IMG/VR virus record: IMGVR_UViG_3300030207_000811
Location: 1 to 42,449 of that record
Length of the DNA: 42,449 bases
Source: a virus
Lineage: Duplodnaviria; Caudoviricetes
Strand: one strand, 5' to 3'
Each line of letters begins with the position of its first letter. The first letter of the stretch is position 1. Shown piece by piece: positions 23,969 to 33,086 of this stretch. The translations under genes were made by a program, and so were the position numbers. The notes beneath the pieces are model-generated. The model was given only the letters and a program-made list of their open reading frames with translations. It was not told where the DNA came from and did not search any database.

Positions 23969-25825
23969 TTATCCATTTATTTCACCCCAGTTTTCTCCAA
24001 ACTCGTAATCAACTTTGTTTGGAACTTCTAGATTAACAGCCTGCTCCATAATTTCAATTACCTTTTTAGCCTGTGCGTCATCTTCAATTGATAAATCTAA
24101 TTCATCATGTATTTGTATGTGCGGCACAATTCCTTCTTTGTATAATTCTAACATTGCTTTCTTTGTCATGTCAGCTGCTGATCCTTGTATTAATTTATTT
24201 AATGCTTTGTATGTGTAAGCTCTCCTGATCCCCGGTCCATGTTCCCTGAGTGCTTCTTCATGCGGCAATGCTTTGTGCATACCAAACTGATTAGGTTCCC
24301 ATAGATGAAACCTGCATAGTCGTCCTAACAATGTACGGATTTGTCCCCGGTCTTGTGCTCTGTTCGATGCTTTCTCCATCAACTGTTTTACAAATGGTAC
24401 ACGTGAATGATACGTGTTAAATAAATCTGCAGCTTTTTCTTTTGTTACACCTAACTCTGCTTGTAGCTTAGCTTTACCCATACCATAAAACAAACCAAGA
24501 TTAATTGTCTTCGCTTGTGATCTAGGTATCTGTGCCATGTCTGCTACAGTCTGGTGAAAGTCTGCGCTTGAATCGTTGCTGTAAGATTCAACAACATCAT
24601 AAACTGATGGAAGTTTATATAAAGATGCATAGTGTACTACGAGTCTAGGTTCTTGTTGAGAATAGTCAAAAACCCCCCATTTATGGCCCTTTTCTGGTAT
24701 AAATAAACTTCTAATTTTAGGACCAAGATCTTTATTTCTTGCAGGAATCTGTTGTAAGTTCGGATTCTGGTAGGAGAACCTACCAGTCACCGTGCCCCCG
24801 GTTTGTGATCTCAGCTGATTTATCTCAGCATGTATTCTACCTTTGTGTTCGTAACGTAGAATAGAGTCTATAAAAGTTGTGTGTGCTTTATTTATTTCTC
24901 TTGCCTGTGCAATCATATTTACAACAGGATGTTTGTGTTCTTGTAAAAAATTTTTTGTAAAACTTGGTGCTTGTGTTTTTTCTGTACGTGGATACTCTAA
25001 TCGTAACATATCAAATACATTTGCAATTGATCTTGCTGCCCAGATCTGTGTATCAATATTTGTTTCACCTTTTATTTTGTGAAGTAGTTCTTGTTCAGCT
25101 GTCTTCATTTCTTGTTTCATTTGATGTGCACGTTCTATATCTACACGTACACCTTTGAATCTCATGTCAACCAAACAATGAAACAAGTCAGACTCTAAAT
25201 CAAATATGTCTTCAAGATCTTGACTTATAATTTCTTTTTTCATCTCTTGCCAAAGACCAAGTGTAACTTCAGCGTCACGTTCTGCATATGCACCAGCATG
25301 CATCGCAGGTAATTTGTACATTTCTGATTTAGGATCTATACCCCACTCAGATGCAGCTTCTGCTAGTGCTGCTTCGTTCTTACCATAACCTAAGTAATGC
25401 CAAGACAAACTATTGAGATCATAACGAAATCTGTTCTCATCTGTTATAGCTGCAGCGATCATAGTGCAAGCTATGTCACCATTTATTTTGAAACCCATAG
25501 CACGTAGCCAACACACATCATACATTGCATTGTGAAATACTTTTGTAGATGGAGACTCGAGTATATCTTTTAACCAAGATAAAACTCTTGTCTTATCCAT
25601 GTTACCACCACCTTCATGTGCAATAGGAAAGTATCCTTTGAAATGTTTTGTAGCAACAGCAATACCAATTACTTCACCATTGCCAATAACAGAACCAGAT
25701 CCTTTTTTAATTAGATCAGGATCTTTTGTCTCCAGGTCAATTGCAATCTCATCAACTTGTCGTAAGTCTGGAAACTCAGTTGGTTTTACCCATTCTGTCT
25801 GTGCTTCAAACTTAGGAATTTTCAC
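23969..25825 (-). CDS. polA: DNA polymerase, family A, with 3'-5' exonuclease domain
   Basis: DLET, HNAMYD, YAERD exonuclease motifs; TGRFS, NLQQIP, DYSQQE, AKTINLGLFYG, QIHDEL polymerase motifs. Confidence 0.95.
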   Translation of the reverse strand: MKIPKFEAQTEWVKPTEFPDLRQVDEIAIDLETKDPDLIKKGSGSVIGNGEVIGIAVATKHFKGYFPIAHEGGGNMDKTRVLSWLKDILESPSTKVFHNAMYDVCWLRAMGFKINGDIACTMIAAAITDENRFRYDLNSLSWHYLGYGKNEAALAEAASEWGIDPKSEMYKLPAMHAGAYAERDAEVTLGLWQEMKKEIISQDLEDIFDLESDLFHCLVDMRFKGVRVDIERAHQMKQEMKTAEQELLHKIKGETNIDTQIWAARSIANVFDMLRLEYPRTEKTQAPSFTKNFLQEHKHPVVNMIAQAREINKAHTTFIDSILRYEHKGRIHAEINQLRSQTGGTVTGRFSYQNPNLQQIPARNKDLGPKIRSLFIPEKGHKWGVFDYSQQEPRLVVHYASLYKLPSVYDVVESYSNDSSADFHQTVADMAQIPRSQAKTINLGLFYGMGKAKLQAELGVTKEKAADLFNTYHSRVPFVKQLMEKASNRAQDRGQIRTLLGRLCRFHLWEPNQFGMHKALPHEEALREHGPGIRRAYTYKALNKLIQGSAADMTKKAMLELYKEGIVPHIQIHDELDLSIEDDAQAKKVIEIMEQAVNLEVPNKVDYEFGENWGEING

Positions 25826-26033
25826 TATAATCCCTTTCGATTATCATTTCTAAAAAATGTATTGCCTTCAATATATCTTCCTTCTTTCCCTTCAGCCTGT
25901 GCCTAAGAATATACTTTATAGCACAACCTTCAGGATATAACAACTCATTCTCTACTACAAACTTACTGGGTTGAATTTTAAAATTTTGATAGTGGCTCCC
26001 GCCGTGCTGCTTATCCCAAACTTTCGATGTCAT
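25812..26033 (-). CDS. DUF3310 / T7 gp1.7-like protein
   Basis: QHGGSHY, AIKYILRH..KG..EDI.KA.HFL. Confidence 0.8.
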   Translation of the reverse strand: MTSKVWDKQHGGSHYQNFKIQPSKFVVENELLYPEGCAIKYILRHRLKGKKEDILKAIHFLEMIIERDYSENS

Positions 26034-27510
26034 AACCTTTGTCCTCCTGTTTTGCAGTCATGATGTATAGGTTTTGTTTTGTTCTCGTTACACCTACATA
26101 CCAAACTCTTTGTTCTTCATCGTACTTGTCTTGACTTTTTTCTAATGCTTCTCGTATTGTTTTTGTATTATCTAAAATTAATAAAACGTTATCTGCTTCT
26201 CCACCTTTTGCAGAATGTATTGTAGATAGTTTTACTCTTGGATCCTTTCTTAATTCTTCTCCATTGCTTAACATTTCTCTTATGTATAAACACTCTTCAT
26301 AATCAGAAGTAAACACATCATACCAGGGTGCTTTCTTATCAAAACCAAGTTCTTCTAAATCATACATTTTTTCTTCTGTAGGTTCATCCATGATAAGTAG
26401 TGGGCTAGATTCTAGAATACCTCTTACTTCTGATAAAGACAAGAGCTCACCTTTTTGCCATCTGATGTAGTTTAGAATGTTTCTAAACAAAGTAGTCTTG
26501 TAACTTTTTCTATTTTTAAATTGAAAATAAATACCCATGTCTTTTAGAACTGGTTTTAATTTTGACAGCTTGTCATTATATCTAGCCAGGATCAGCCAGT
26601 TACCTTCGTACAATGGGACATCTTCAATGCTGGTTACATAATTTATATAACCATCTTCATCTCTAGCTTTCCAAGATTTTTTTATTCTTCTGTCATCAGG
26701 TATACGATCTAAAATTTTATCGGCCACGTTTTGAACAGTCTTGGGAACCCTGTAAGATTGTGGCAAAATTATGTCCTTCTTTGAAATTTCCTGCTGAAAT
26801 TTTTTTACATCTGCGCCTGCCCAACCATAAATGGCTTGATCGTCATCGCCTGCTAGTATAACATATTTGCTGTTTTTCTTGATAATATCAACCATTTTCC
26901 ACTGTATTGGTGATAAATCCTGAGCTTCATCAATAAATGCAACGTCAAATTTAGGACACAATTCAGACACATTAAATCTTTCAATCATGTCAGTAAAGTC
27001 CACTAATTTAAAAGCATCTTTGTAATTATTTAATTCATCAGAAAGTATTTGTAATAATCTGCTATCTAAATCTTGTGAGTACATGTCTGTATTGTATTCA
27101 TCTTCAATTGATATTTCTTTTATACGTGCAGCATTTATTAAATTAAAATACTCACTGTCAGAGTCTACAAATCCCGTGTTCTCCTGGCCATCAGAGTATA
27201 CCGTAACCTCTATACCTATCTTCCTACCAATGTCTTCGTAATGTTCGTCCTGCATAACTTCAGATTTTTTAAGACCGAGTCTTGTAAAAGCGAGTGAGTG
27301 TAGAGTCCTGAAATATTTTAGATCTTTTCTTTGAAAAGCCGTGTGATAGTCTAGCATTCTATCAATAGCCTCGTTTGCTGCCTTGGTTGTAAATGCAAAG
27401 TAACCTATCTTATCTATGGGTGTACCAAGTTTTAAAAATGTTTTTACATAACTTAATAGCTTTGTAGTTTTCCCTGTTCCCGGAGGCCCGTATAGTTTAC
27501 GACTAATCAC
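26011..27510 (-). CDS. UvrD/Rep-like SF1 helicase
   Basis: GPPGTGKT, DEAQD, GDDDQAIY, QSYR, STIHSAKGGE, YVGVTR. Confidence 0.92.
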   Translation of the reverse strand: MISRKLYGPPGTGKTTKLLSYVKTFLKLGTPIDKIGYFAFTTKAANEAIDRMLDYHTAFQRKDLKYFRTLHSLAFTRLGLKKSEVMQDEHYEDIGRKIGIEVTVYSDGQENTGFVDSDSEYFNLINAARIKEISIEDEYNTDMYSQDLDSRLLQILSDELNNYKDAFKLVDFTDMIERFNVSELCPKFDVAFIDEAQDLSPIQWKMVDIIKKNSKYVILAGDDDQAIYGWAGADVKKFQQEISKKDIILPQSYRVPKTVQNVADKILDRIPDDRRIKKSWKARDEDGYINYVTSIEDVPLYEGNWLILARYNDKLSKLKPVLKDMGIYFQFKNRKSYKTTLFRNILNYIRWQKGELLSLSEVRGILESSPLLIMDEPTEEKMYDLEELGFDKKAPWYDVFTSDYEECLYIREMLSNGEELRKDPRVKLSTIHSAKGGEADNVLLILDNTKTIREALEKSQDKYDEEQRVWYVGVTRTKQNLYIMTAKQEDKGYDIESLG

Positions 27511-29138
27511 ATTATCTCCGTTTTATGTTTTATTTGAGAGTGATGTATTGGCACTTCTTCAAACTCTTTTACATTTATCTGTATAATATTTTTTGTTGAT
27601 GAATTGTATTTACCTGATTCTTTTGATGGAAATCTTTTTTGTTCTAAGAATTCTATTTCGCAGTCTTTATATATAACCTGCATCATACGTCCTGTCTTGT
27701 CTTCACTGTGTCTCCAATTCTTTGATTTAAGTTTATCAAAAAATTTATCAAACTTAAAGAATGCATAGTCACCTTCAATCAAAACAGATCCAGTTTTAAA
27801 TGCTGCATCGTTGGTTGCCTTTGGTCCATTTATTTTTGCATGTAATACATCATGTAGTTTTTCTTTTGGTGATGTACCAATAGGTGGATGCACAACTTTC
27901 TGTGTTGCATACAAAGCGTCCATGACAGCTTGCTCTTCATCACCTTTAATCAATGGTGGAAAGAATCCTGCAGCTTTTGAAATAGCATTTCTTCTTTTAC
28001 GTTGATCGTTTAAATGCTCTACAGATCTGCAGTGTACCGTTGCAGTCTTGATGCCATCTGGTTTTGTTACATCAAATTCATACTCTGGTTCTGGATCTAG
28101 ATCTATTTTCTTTAGATTAGTTAGTGAAGGGTATGATCCTTTTGATCCAGCTAACACACCAAATCTTTTCTTGACGCATATACCTTTTTTACAATGCTCA
28201 CTCAAAGGACTCTGTGTACAGGTATACCCTTTGCTACTTCTATTCCATGATTTTACTTTTTGATTTAAAAATTTTTGATCCCATGCGTTTGCATGCACGC
28301 CTGCAAAATATTTAACTGGTGCATTCATAACTCTTTGTTGCCAGTTGTCTTGATACTTCATCTTAACCATGACGTGATAGTTGTACATAAATCTATCTTT
28401 ACCATCGAAGTCTGGATTCTTTGCAAGTTTAGATATTGCAGCTAGACAAGGTGGACCATCAACAAACTCTTCGTCAACACCCTCCATACTTTTTTCTTCG
28501 ATACCCTCTGTAATTTCTTTCAGTCTTTCTTTTGTAACCAGGTTTGCACTGATCACTTTCATAAATTGATCGAGCGTAAACGTCGTACCATCAACGTTCA
28601 AAGCTTTACGTTCTTCTCCGAAGTATGGTAGATTTATAAACTGTCCTGGTCTTAATTGACCTGTCTCACTATCTTTTGTTAGCTGTGTTTGTTTTGGAAA
28701 TATTTCACAGTCTGGTTTTAAATTAAATAAAGATAATAAGTTAGATAAAAATGATTTGATGACAGATGCATCAACCATCTTATCTAGAAATAAAAATAGA
28801 TGTAGACCACCGCTTTTAGATTCTACAGGTAGTAATGGTAGTTTGTATTGTTGTATAATATCGATGTAATCTTTTTTACTAAAATTTTCATAATCTTTTG
28901 GATCTATATCTATGACTCCAAATCTAACCAAACCATTTTCATTACATGGTTGAATACCAATTGAAAGTTTACCTTCTAAATGCTGTTGATATATTTCGTT
29001 TGTAAGTTCTTCAAAGTTCCATCTGTACACAGGTTTCTTTTTACCTGTCTCAGAGTCTATGTAGGAATCCTGGTGATTAAAATCTGCTACACCATAGGCA
29101 TGCCTGTATCCTGTAAAAAATTCTATATATCTATCCAT
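27507..29138 (-). CDS. archaeo-eukaryotic-type primase (putative) with Cys cluster
   Basis: GVIDID and SKSGGLHLF catalytic motifs; PPC...YTC...HC...IC; start moved to MDRYIE. Confidence 0.75.
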   Translation of the reverse strand: MDRYIEFFTGYRHAYGVADFNHQDSYIDSETGKKKPVYRWNFEELTNEIYQQHLEGKLSIGIQPCNENGLVRFGVIDIDPKDYENFSKKDYIDIIQQYKLPLLPVESKSGGLHLFLFLDKMVDASVIKSFLSNLLSLFNLKPDCEIFPKQTQLTKDSETGQLRPGQFINLPYFGEERKALNVDGTTFTLDQFMKVISANLVTKERLKEITEGIEEKSMEGVDEEFVDGPPCLAAISKLAKNPDFDGKDRFMYNYHVMVKMKYQDNWQQRVMNAPVKYFAGVHANAWDQKFLNQKVKSWNRSSKGYTCTQSPLSEHCKKGICVKKRFGVLAGSKGSYPSLTNLKKIDLDPEPEYEFDVTKPDGIKTATVHCRSVEHLNDQRKRRNAISKAAGFFPPLIKGDEEQAVMDALYATQKVVHPPIGTSPKEKLHDVLHAKINGPKATNDAAFKTGSVLIEGDYAFFKFDKFFDKLKSKNWRHSEDKTGRMMQVIYKDCEIEFLEQKRFPSKESGKYNSSTKNIIQINVKEFEEVPIHHSQIKHKTEIM

Positions 29139-29146
29139 AACCGTGG

Positions 29147-29180
29147 GTGCGGGCCACTCAGTCTCCCTCCTGGCCCACAC
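29147..29180 (-). promoter_or_regulatory. GC-rich hairpin just upstream of the primase ATG
   Basis: GTGTGGGCCA-GGAGGGAGACTGAG-TGGCCCGCAC. Confidence 0.6.
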
Positions 29181-29203
29181 TGTGCACTCATTCTCTTAGA
29201 GAA

Positions 29204-29962
29204 TTATATAATGCCCTGATCCTTTGGTTTATCTTCGCCGTGTTTAGCTTTAACACTTCCTTTAGAAATGTTTTCGCTGAACGACTTAGCTTGATCGTAC
29301 AAAGATCCGTCAGTTATTGGACCAACCTTACTTACTTCCCAACCAAACCACGTACCTTTGTCATTAGACATTTGCGTAGTTTTTAGTTTGTAAATGTGGC
29401 TGAAAGATGCTGGCGTGAACATCCCGTTCTTACCATTCATTTTTATCCCCGACATCATTGAGTTCCATTTTCTACTAATTTTTAATTGAGTAGATTTCAT
29501 AGAGATCAACGCTGTTGATGGACTATCTCCCTGTATAATAACAAAGTGAGATGCAGTCTTCTCGATGTAATTACCATTTGGTAATCTATCTTTGTAGTTT
29601 GCATCTGGTTTTGTTTTGGACATGATATCAGAAGAAGAATCATAAATTGCAACTGGTGCACCTACACCTTCTCCTCTATCTTTCCATTCGATGTACTCGA
29701 GTTTGTAAAAACATGGAATTACATCTATGCCTTTTACTCCATCGTATAAATCTCCAGAGACAGAATTGTAAATCATTCCTGGCTCTGCACCTTCGACATA
29801 CTTACCATCACGTTTGTTAACCTCTGGTGAAAGTTGTCCTAGGATTTTTAAAAAAGGAAGGGCTAGATCTTCTTGACCTATTTTACCCAAACCTTTTGCT
29901 GCATCTTCTTCAAACATATTTGCTGGAAGTGGTGCAGTCTTTTTCTCTGCTACTTGGTTCAT
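29204..29962 (-). CDS. single-stranded DNA-binding protein (putative)
   Basis: QEDLALPFLKILGQLSPEV N-terminus, NDKGTWFGW; replication-module position. Confidence 0.55.
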   Translation of the reverse strand: MNQVAEKKTAPLPANMFEEDAAKGLGKIGQEDLALPFLKILGQLSPEVNKRDGKYVEGAEPGMIYNSVSGDLYDGVKGIDVIPCFYKLEYIEWKDRGEGVGAPVAIYDSSSDIMSKTKPDANYKDRLPNGNYIEKTASHFVIIQGDSPSTALISMKSTQLKISRKWNSMMSGIKMNGKNGMFTPASFSHIYKLKTTQMSNDKGTWFGWEVSKVGPITDGSLYDQAKSFSENISKGSVKAKHGEDKPKDQGII

Positions 29963-29964
29963 GT

Positions 29965-30513
29965 TTATTTGCTCCTTGTTACTTTAGTTCTGTTTCCTGA
30001 GAACACGTTAAAAAGGTCAGAGGGAATCTCTTGTCCAGATTCTAGACGCTCTCTGACCAATGCTTTAAGTGTCATAGGTTCAACCTTTAATTTCTGGACA
30101 GGTTGGTACCCTTGACCTTGCGCAAGGTTTGCGTATTCGCTCGCCTTGTTATCTTCGTTACGACCAAAGGAAACTGTAATCTCATTTTTAATAAGATCAC
30201 CCAGGCCGTTATCTCGAAGCCATGTGTAAGCTGCTTCTTTATTCGCTGCCGAAATCGAAGCACCATAAACTGGTTTTACTTCAACTGAAGATCCATCTGC
30301 CAATCTCAATGTTGAGATATTCATCTCTTGCATCATGGTAGGTATGACCTCTCCTGATACTAAATCAATGTGCCTCTTCAGTTCTTTTAATTCTTTTTCT
30401 TTTTGTTCTAAGTCGTCTTCTAATTGTTTTAGTTTAACAACTTGATCAGACAAAGATTTTGCATCCTTAACATGATCCAAATCTTGTCGTTGATCTTCTT
30501 CAAAGTTAATCAT
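29965..30513 (-). CDS. replication-module hypothetical protein
   Basis: Coiled coil then WLRDNGLGDLIK...VEPMTLKALVRE. Confidence 0.7.
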   Translation of the reverse strand: MINFEEDQRQDLDHVKDAKSLSDQVVKLKQLEDDLEQKEKELKELKRHIDLVSGEVIPTMMQEMNISTLRLADGSSVEVKPVYGASISAANKEAAYTWLRDNGLGDLIKNEITVSFGRNEDNKASEYANLAQGQGYQPVQKLKVEPMTLKALVRERLESGQEIPSDLFNVFSGNRTKVTRSK

Positions 30514-30862
30514 CTATTTCTCCTTTCTCATATAAATTAATTTTAATAGGATAATATTTTCTTTCTTGTTTATCCCATTTCAATAGATTGTATTTACCGT
30601 TTGTAATATCAGAAACAATAGAGCATGCAACACCTATGATAGCAGGATCACCTGTTAACAACAAATAATCATCAGGTTGAAAATCTTTTAAAAGTTTTCT
30701 TAACTTAAAAATTAATGGGCCTGGTGAAAAAATTATTTGTGAAAGTTCTGGTAACAATGAAATAACTTTTCCGTAATCTGTAGCACCCACAATATTTATT
30801 TTAGGTGTTCCAGCTTTTGTACCAGGTACGTCTTGTATTAAATAAACTATTCTTTCTTTCAT
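30506..30862 (-). CDS. hypothetical protein (DYLLLTGDP motif)
   Basis: Likely start MKERIVY at 30862. Confidence 0.7.
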   Translation of the reverse strand: MKERIVYLIQDVPGTKAGTPKINIVGATDYGKVISLLPELSQIIFSPGPLIFKLRKLLKDFQPDDYLLLTGDPAIIGVACSIVSDITNGKYNLLKWDKQERKYYPIKINLYEKGEIDD

Positions 30863-30898
30863 TGACAAACAATATAAAGATGTTTATATGGATGTCAA
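30862..30898. promoter_or_regulatory. overlapping divergent sigma70-like promoters
   Basis: Plus strand TTGACA-17 nt-TATATG; minus strand TTGACA-16 nt-TATATT. Confidence 0.65.
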
Positions 30899-30917
30899 TA
30901 CAGAAAGAAGAAAAATT

Positions 30918-32351
30918 ATGAACTATAAATTTAAGACTAAGCCTTACGCGCATCAAATTAAAGCGTTAGAAATGTCATGGGATAAACCATACTTTGCATA
31001 TTTTATGGAGATGGGTACAGGTAAATCAAAAGTATTAATAGATAACATATCTATGCTTTATGATAATGGTAAGATCAATGGTGTTCTAATTGTGGCGCCC
31101 AAAGGTGTAGTAAAAAACTGGTATGAAAATGAGATACCTACACACATGGTTGATCACATAGATCACAAAACTGTTTTGTGGCAACCATTAATTACGAAAA
31201 AACAAACTGCAGCTTTAGATAGTTTGTTTGAAACTGGTGAAGATTTACACATACTTATTATGAATGTTGAAGCGTTATCAACTCAAAAAGGTTATGACTT
31301 TGCACAAAAATTTTTATTTTCTCATAGAGCCATGATGGCAATTGATGAGTCTACTACCATAAAAAATCCAGAAGCTAAACGTACAAAAAATATTTGTCAA
31401 CTGGGTTTAGCTACAAAGTACAACAGAATCCTTACAGGATCACCCGTAACTAAATCACCGTTAGATTTATACAAACAATGTGAATTCCTGATGCCCGGTC
31501 TGTTAGGCCATGAGTCTTACTATACATTCAGAACTAGGTATGCCATTATGAAAACAGCAAACTTTGGTGGTCGATCAGTACAAATAGTTGTGGGTTATCA
31601 AAGACTAGACGAGTTATCAGAAAAATTAAAAGAGTTTTCTTACAGAGTATTAAAAGATGAGTGTCTTGATCTACCAAAGAAAACTTTTATGAAACGTGTT
31701 GTTACACTTACACCAGATCAATTAAGAATATATAAAGAGATGAGTAGGCTTGCTCTTGCTAATTTCAATGGTAAGATGATGACTACAGCCACAGTATTGA
31801 CTCAACTAATGAGACTACAACAAATAACTTGTGGTAACTTTACATCTGACGATGGTGTCATACAAGAAATACCAACAAACAGATTGCCAGAACTTATGAA
31901 TTTGTTAGATGAAATAGAGGGCAAGGTTGTTATCTGGGCCCACTTTCAAAGAGATGTGCATAGAATTATAGATTGTATAAGTAAAGAGTATGGACCAGAC
32001 AGTTTTGTAGATTATTACGGTCTTACACCACAAGAAGATAGACAAAAAAATATAGCTAAGTTTCAAGATCCAGACTCAAAAGTTAGATTCTTTATAGGTA
32101 CAACACAAACTGGTGGTTATGGTATTACTCTTACAGCTGCTAGCACGATGATATATTATTCTAACGGCTATGACTTAGAGAAAAGACAACAATCAGAAGC
32201 TAGAATAGATCGTATTGGTCAAACAAGACCTATGACTTACATAGATATAATATGCGAAAAGACTGTTGATACTAGAATAGTCAAAGCTTTACGTAAGAAA
32301 GTAAATATTGCAACCCAAATAATGGGAGAGGAGTTAAAAGAATGGATTTAA
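30918..32351 (+). CDS. SNF2-family (SF2) helicase
   Basis: MEMGTGKS, DEST, LTGSP, GGYGITLTAA, QSEARIDRIGQ; start at MNYKFK. Confidence 0.92.
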   Translation: MNYKFKTKPYAHQIKALEMSWDKPYFAYFMEMGTGKSKVLIDNISMLYDNGKINGVLIVAPKGVVKNWYENEIPTHMVDHIDHKTVLWQPLITKKQTAALDSLFETGEDLHILIMNVEALSTQKGYDFAQKFLFSHRAMMAIDESTTIKNPEAKRTKNICQLGLATKYNRILTGSPVTKSPLDLYKQCEFLMPGLLGHESYYTFRTRYAIMKTANFGGRSVQIVVGYQRLDELSEKLKEFSYRVLKDECLDLPKKTFMKRVVTLTPDQLRIYKEMSRLALANFNGKMMTTATVLTQLMRLQQITCGNFTSDDGVIQEIPTNRLPELMNLLDEIEGKVVIWAHFQRDVHRIIDCISKEYGPDSFVDYYGLTPQEDRQKNIAKFQDPDSKVRFFIGTTQTGGYGITLTAASTMIYYSNGYDLEKRQQSEARIDRIGQTRPMTYIDIICEKTVDTRIVKALRKKVNIATQIMGEELKEWI

Positions 32352-32419
32352 GACCTGGTGTAGTTATAAGAATGGGACTATGGATTAGTCTGGTTATGTG
32401 TATGCTTTGGTATTTTTAA
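32342..32419 (+). CDS. 25-aa hydrophobic peptide
   Basis: MDLRPGVVIRMGLWISLVMCMLWYF, GAGGAG upstream. Confidence 0.35.
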   Translation: MDLRPGVVIRMGLWISLVMCMLWYF

Positions 32420-32892
32420 ACTAAATCTCTAGCAGATCCAATTACAGGTTTGTATTTTGTTTTGCCTTCTGATTTATATGCGTGTAAGAATTGTTTTCTT
32501 GGTTGGTCAGCAGTATAGCTGCAATGTATCCACCCACTGTTTGGCTCACCCGGAGTGTAGAACTCAAGTATAAGCTGGTCATAGTCTAGGTTCTTGTTGA
32601 TCCAGTCAGCTAGTTCAGCATTGTCTGTGCCCATACATTCGAAGTCTGCGGCCTCGGCTTTGGCGTGCTGTGAATTTATAGAGCTACCAATCTTTAAACA
32701 TAATTGTTCGCTACGGAATCCGCTAGTCACCTTGACTCTGCCAAAGTGGTCACGTACCGGCTGTAAAATATTTTCACAAAGTGCTTTTAATTTTTCTATC
32801 TGACCTGAGTTTGGATTATTATTAATGTCCAACCTGATAGCAGTGTCTGATTTAATTAACTCTTGAAGAGTAAAGTTACGTGAAAGATCCAT
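32416..32892 (-). CDS. peptidase M15A-family endolysin
   Basis: NFTLQEL, SGFRS, SQH...AAD, WIHCS zinc-peptidase motifs. Confidence 0.88.
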   Translation of the reverse strand: MDLSRNFTLQELIKSDTAIRLDINNNPNSGQIEKLKALCENILQPVRDHFGRVKVTSGFRSEQLCLKIGSSINSQHAKAEAADFECMGTDNAELADWINKNLDYDQLILEFYTPGEPNSGWIHCSYTADQPRKQFLHAYKSEGKTKYKPVIGSARDLV

Positions 32893-32893
32893 T

Positions 32894-33082
32894 TTATTTT
32901 GTAATTAAAGTAAATATAACGTATGCCATTCCTGTTATCAAGGCTCCAGTTGATACTAATAGTATACTTTCAACCCTGTTTATTTGGTGCTCTAGCTTAT
33001 GTATTTTATCATGTGTCTGCTTTTGCATTATTCTGCAAAGCTTTTCATGTTCTTCAATTTTTTGTAATGCGTTTTTAGCCAT
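32894..33082 (-). CDS. XhlA/holin-like small protein
   Basis: Coiled coil plus C-terminal TM helix, adjacent to the endolysin. Confidence 0.55.
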   Translation of the reverse strand: MAKNALQKIEEHEKLCRIMQKQTHDKIHKLEHQINRVESILLVSTGALITGMAYVIFTLITK

Positions 33083-33086
33083 ATTA

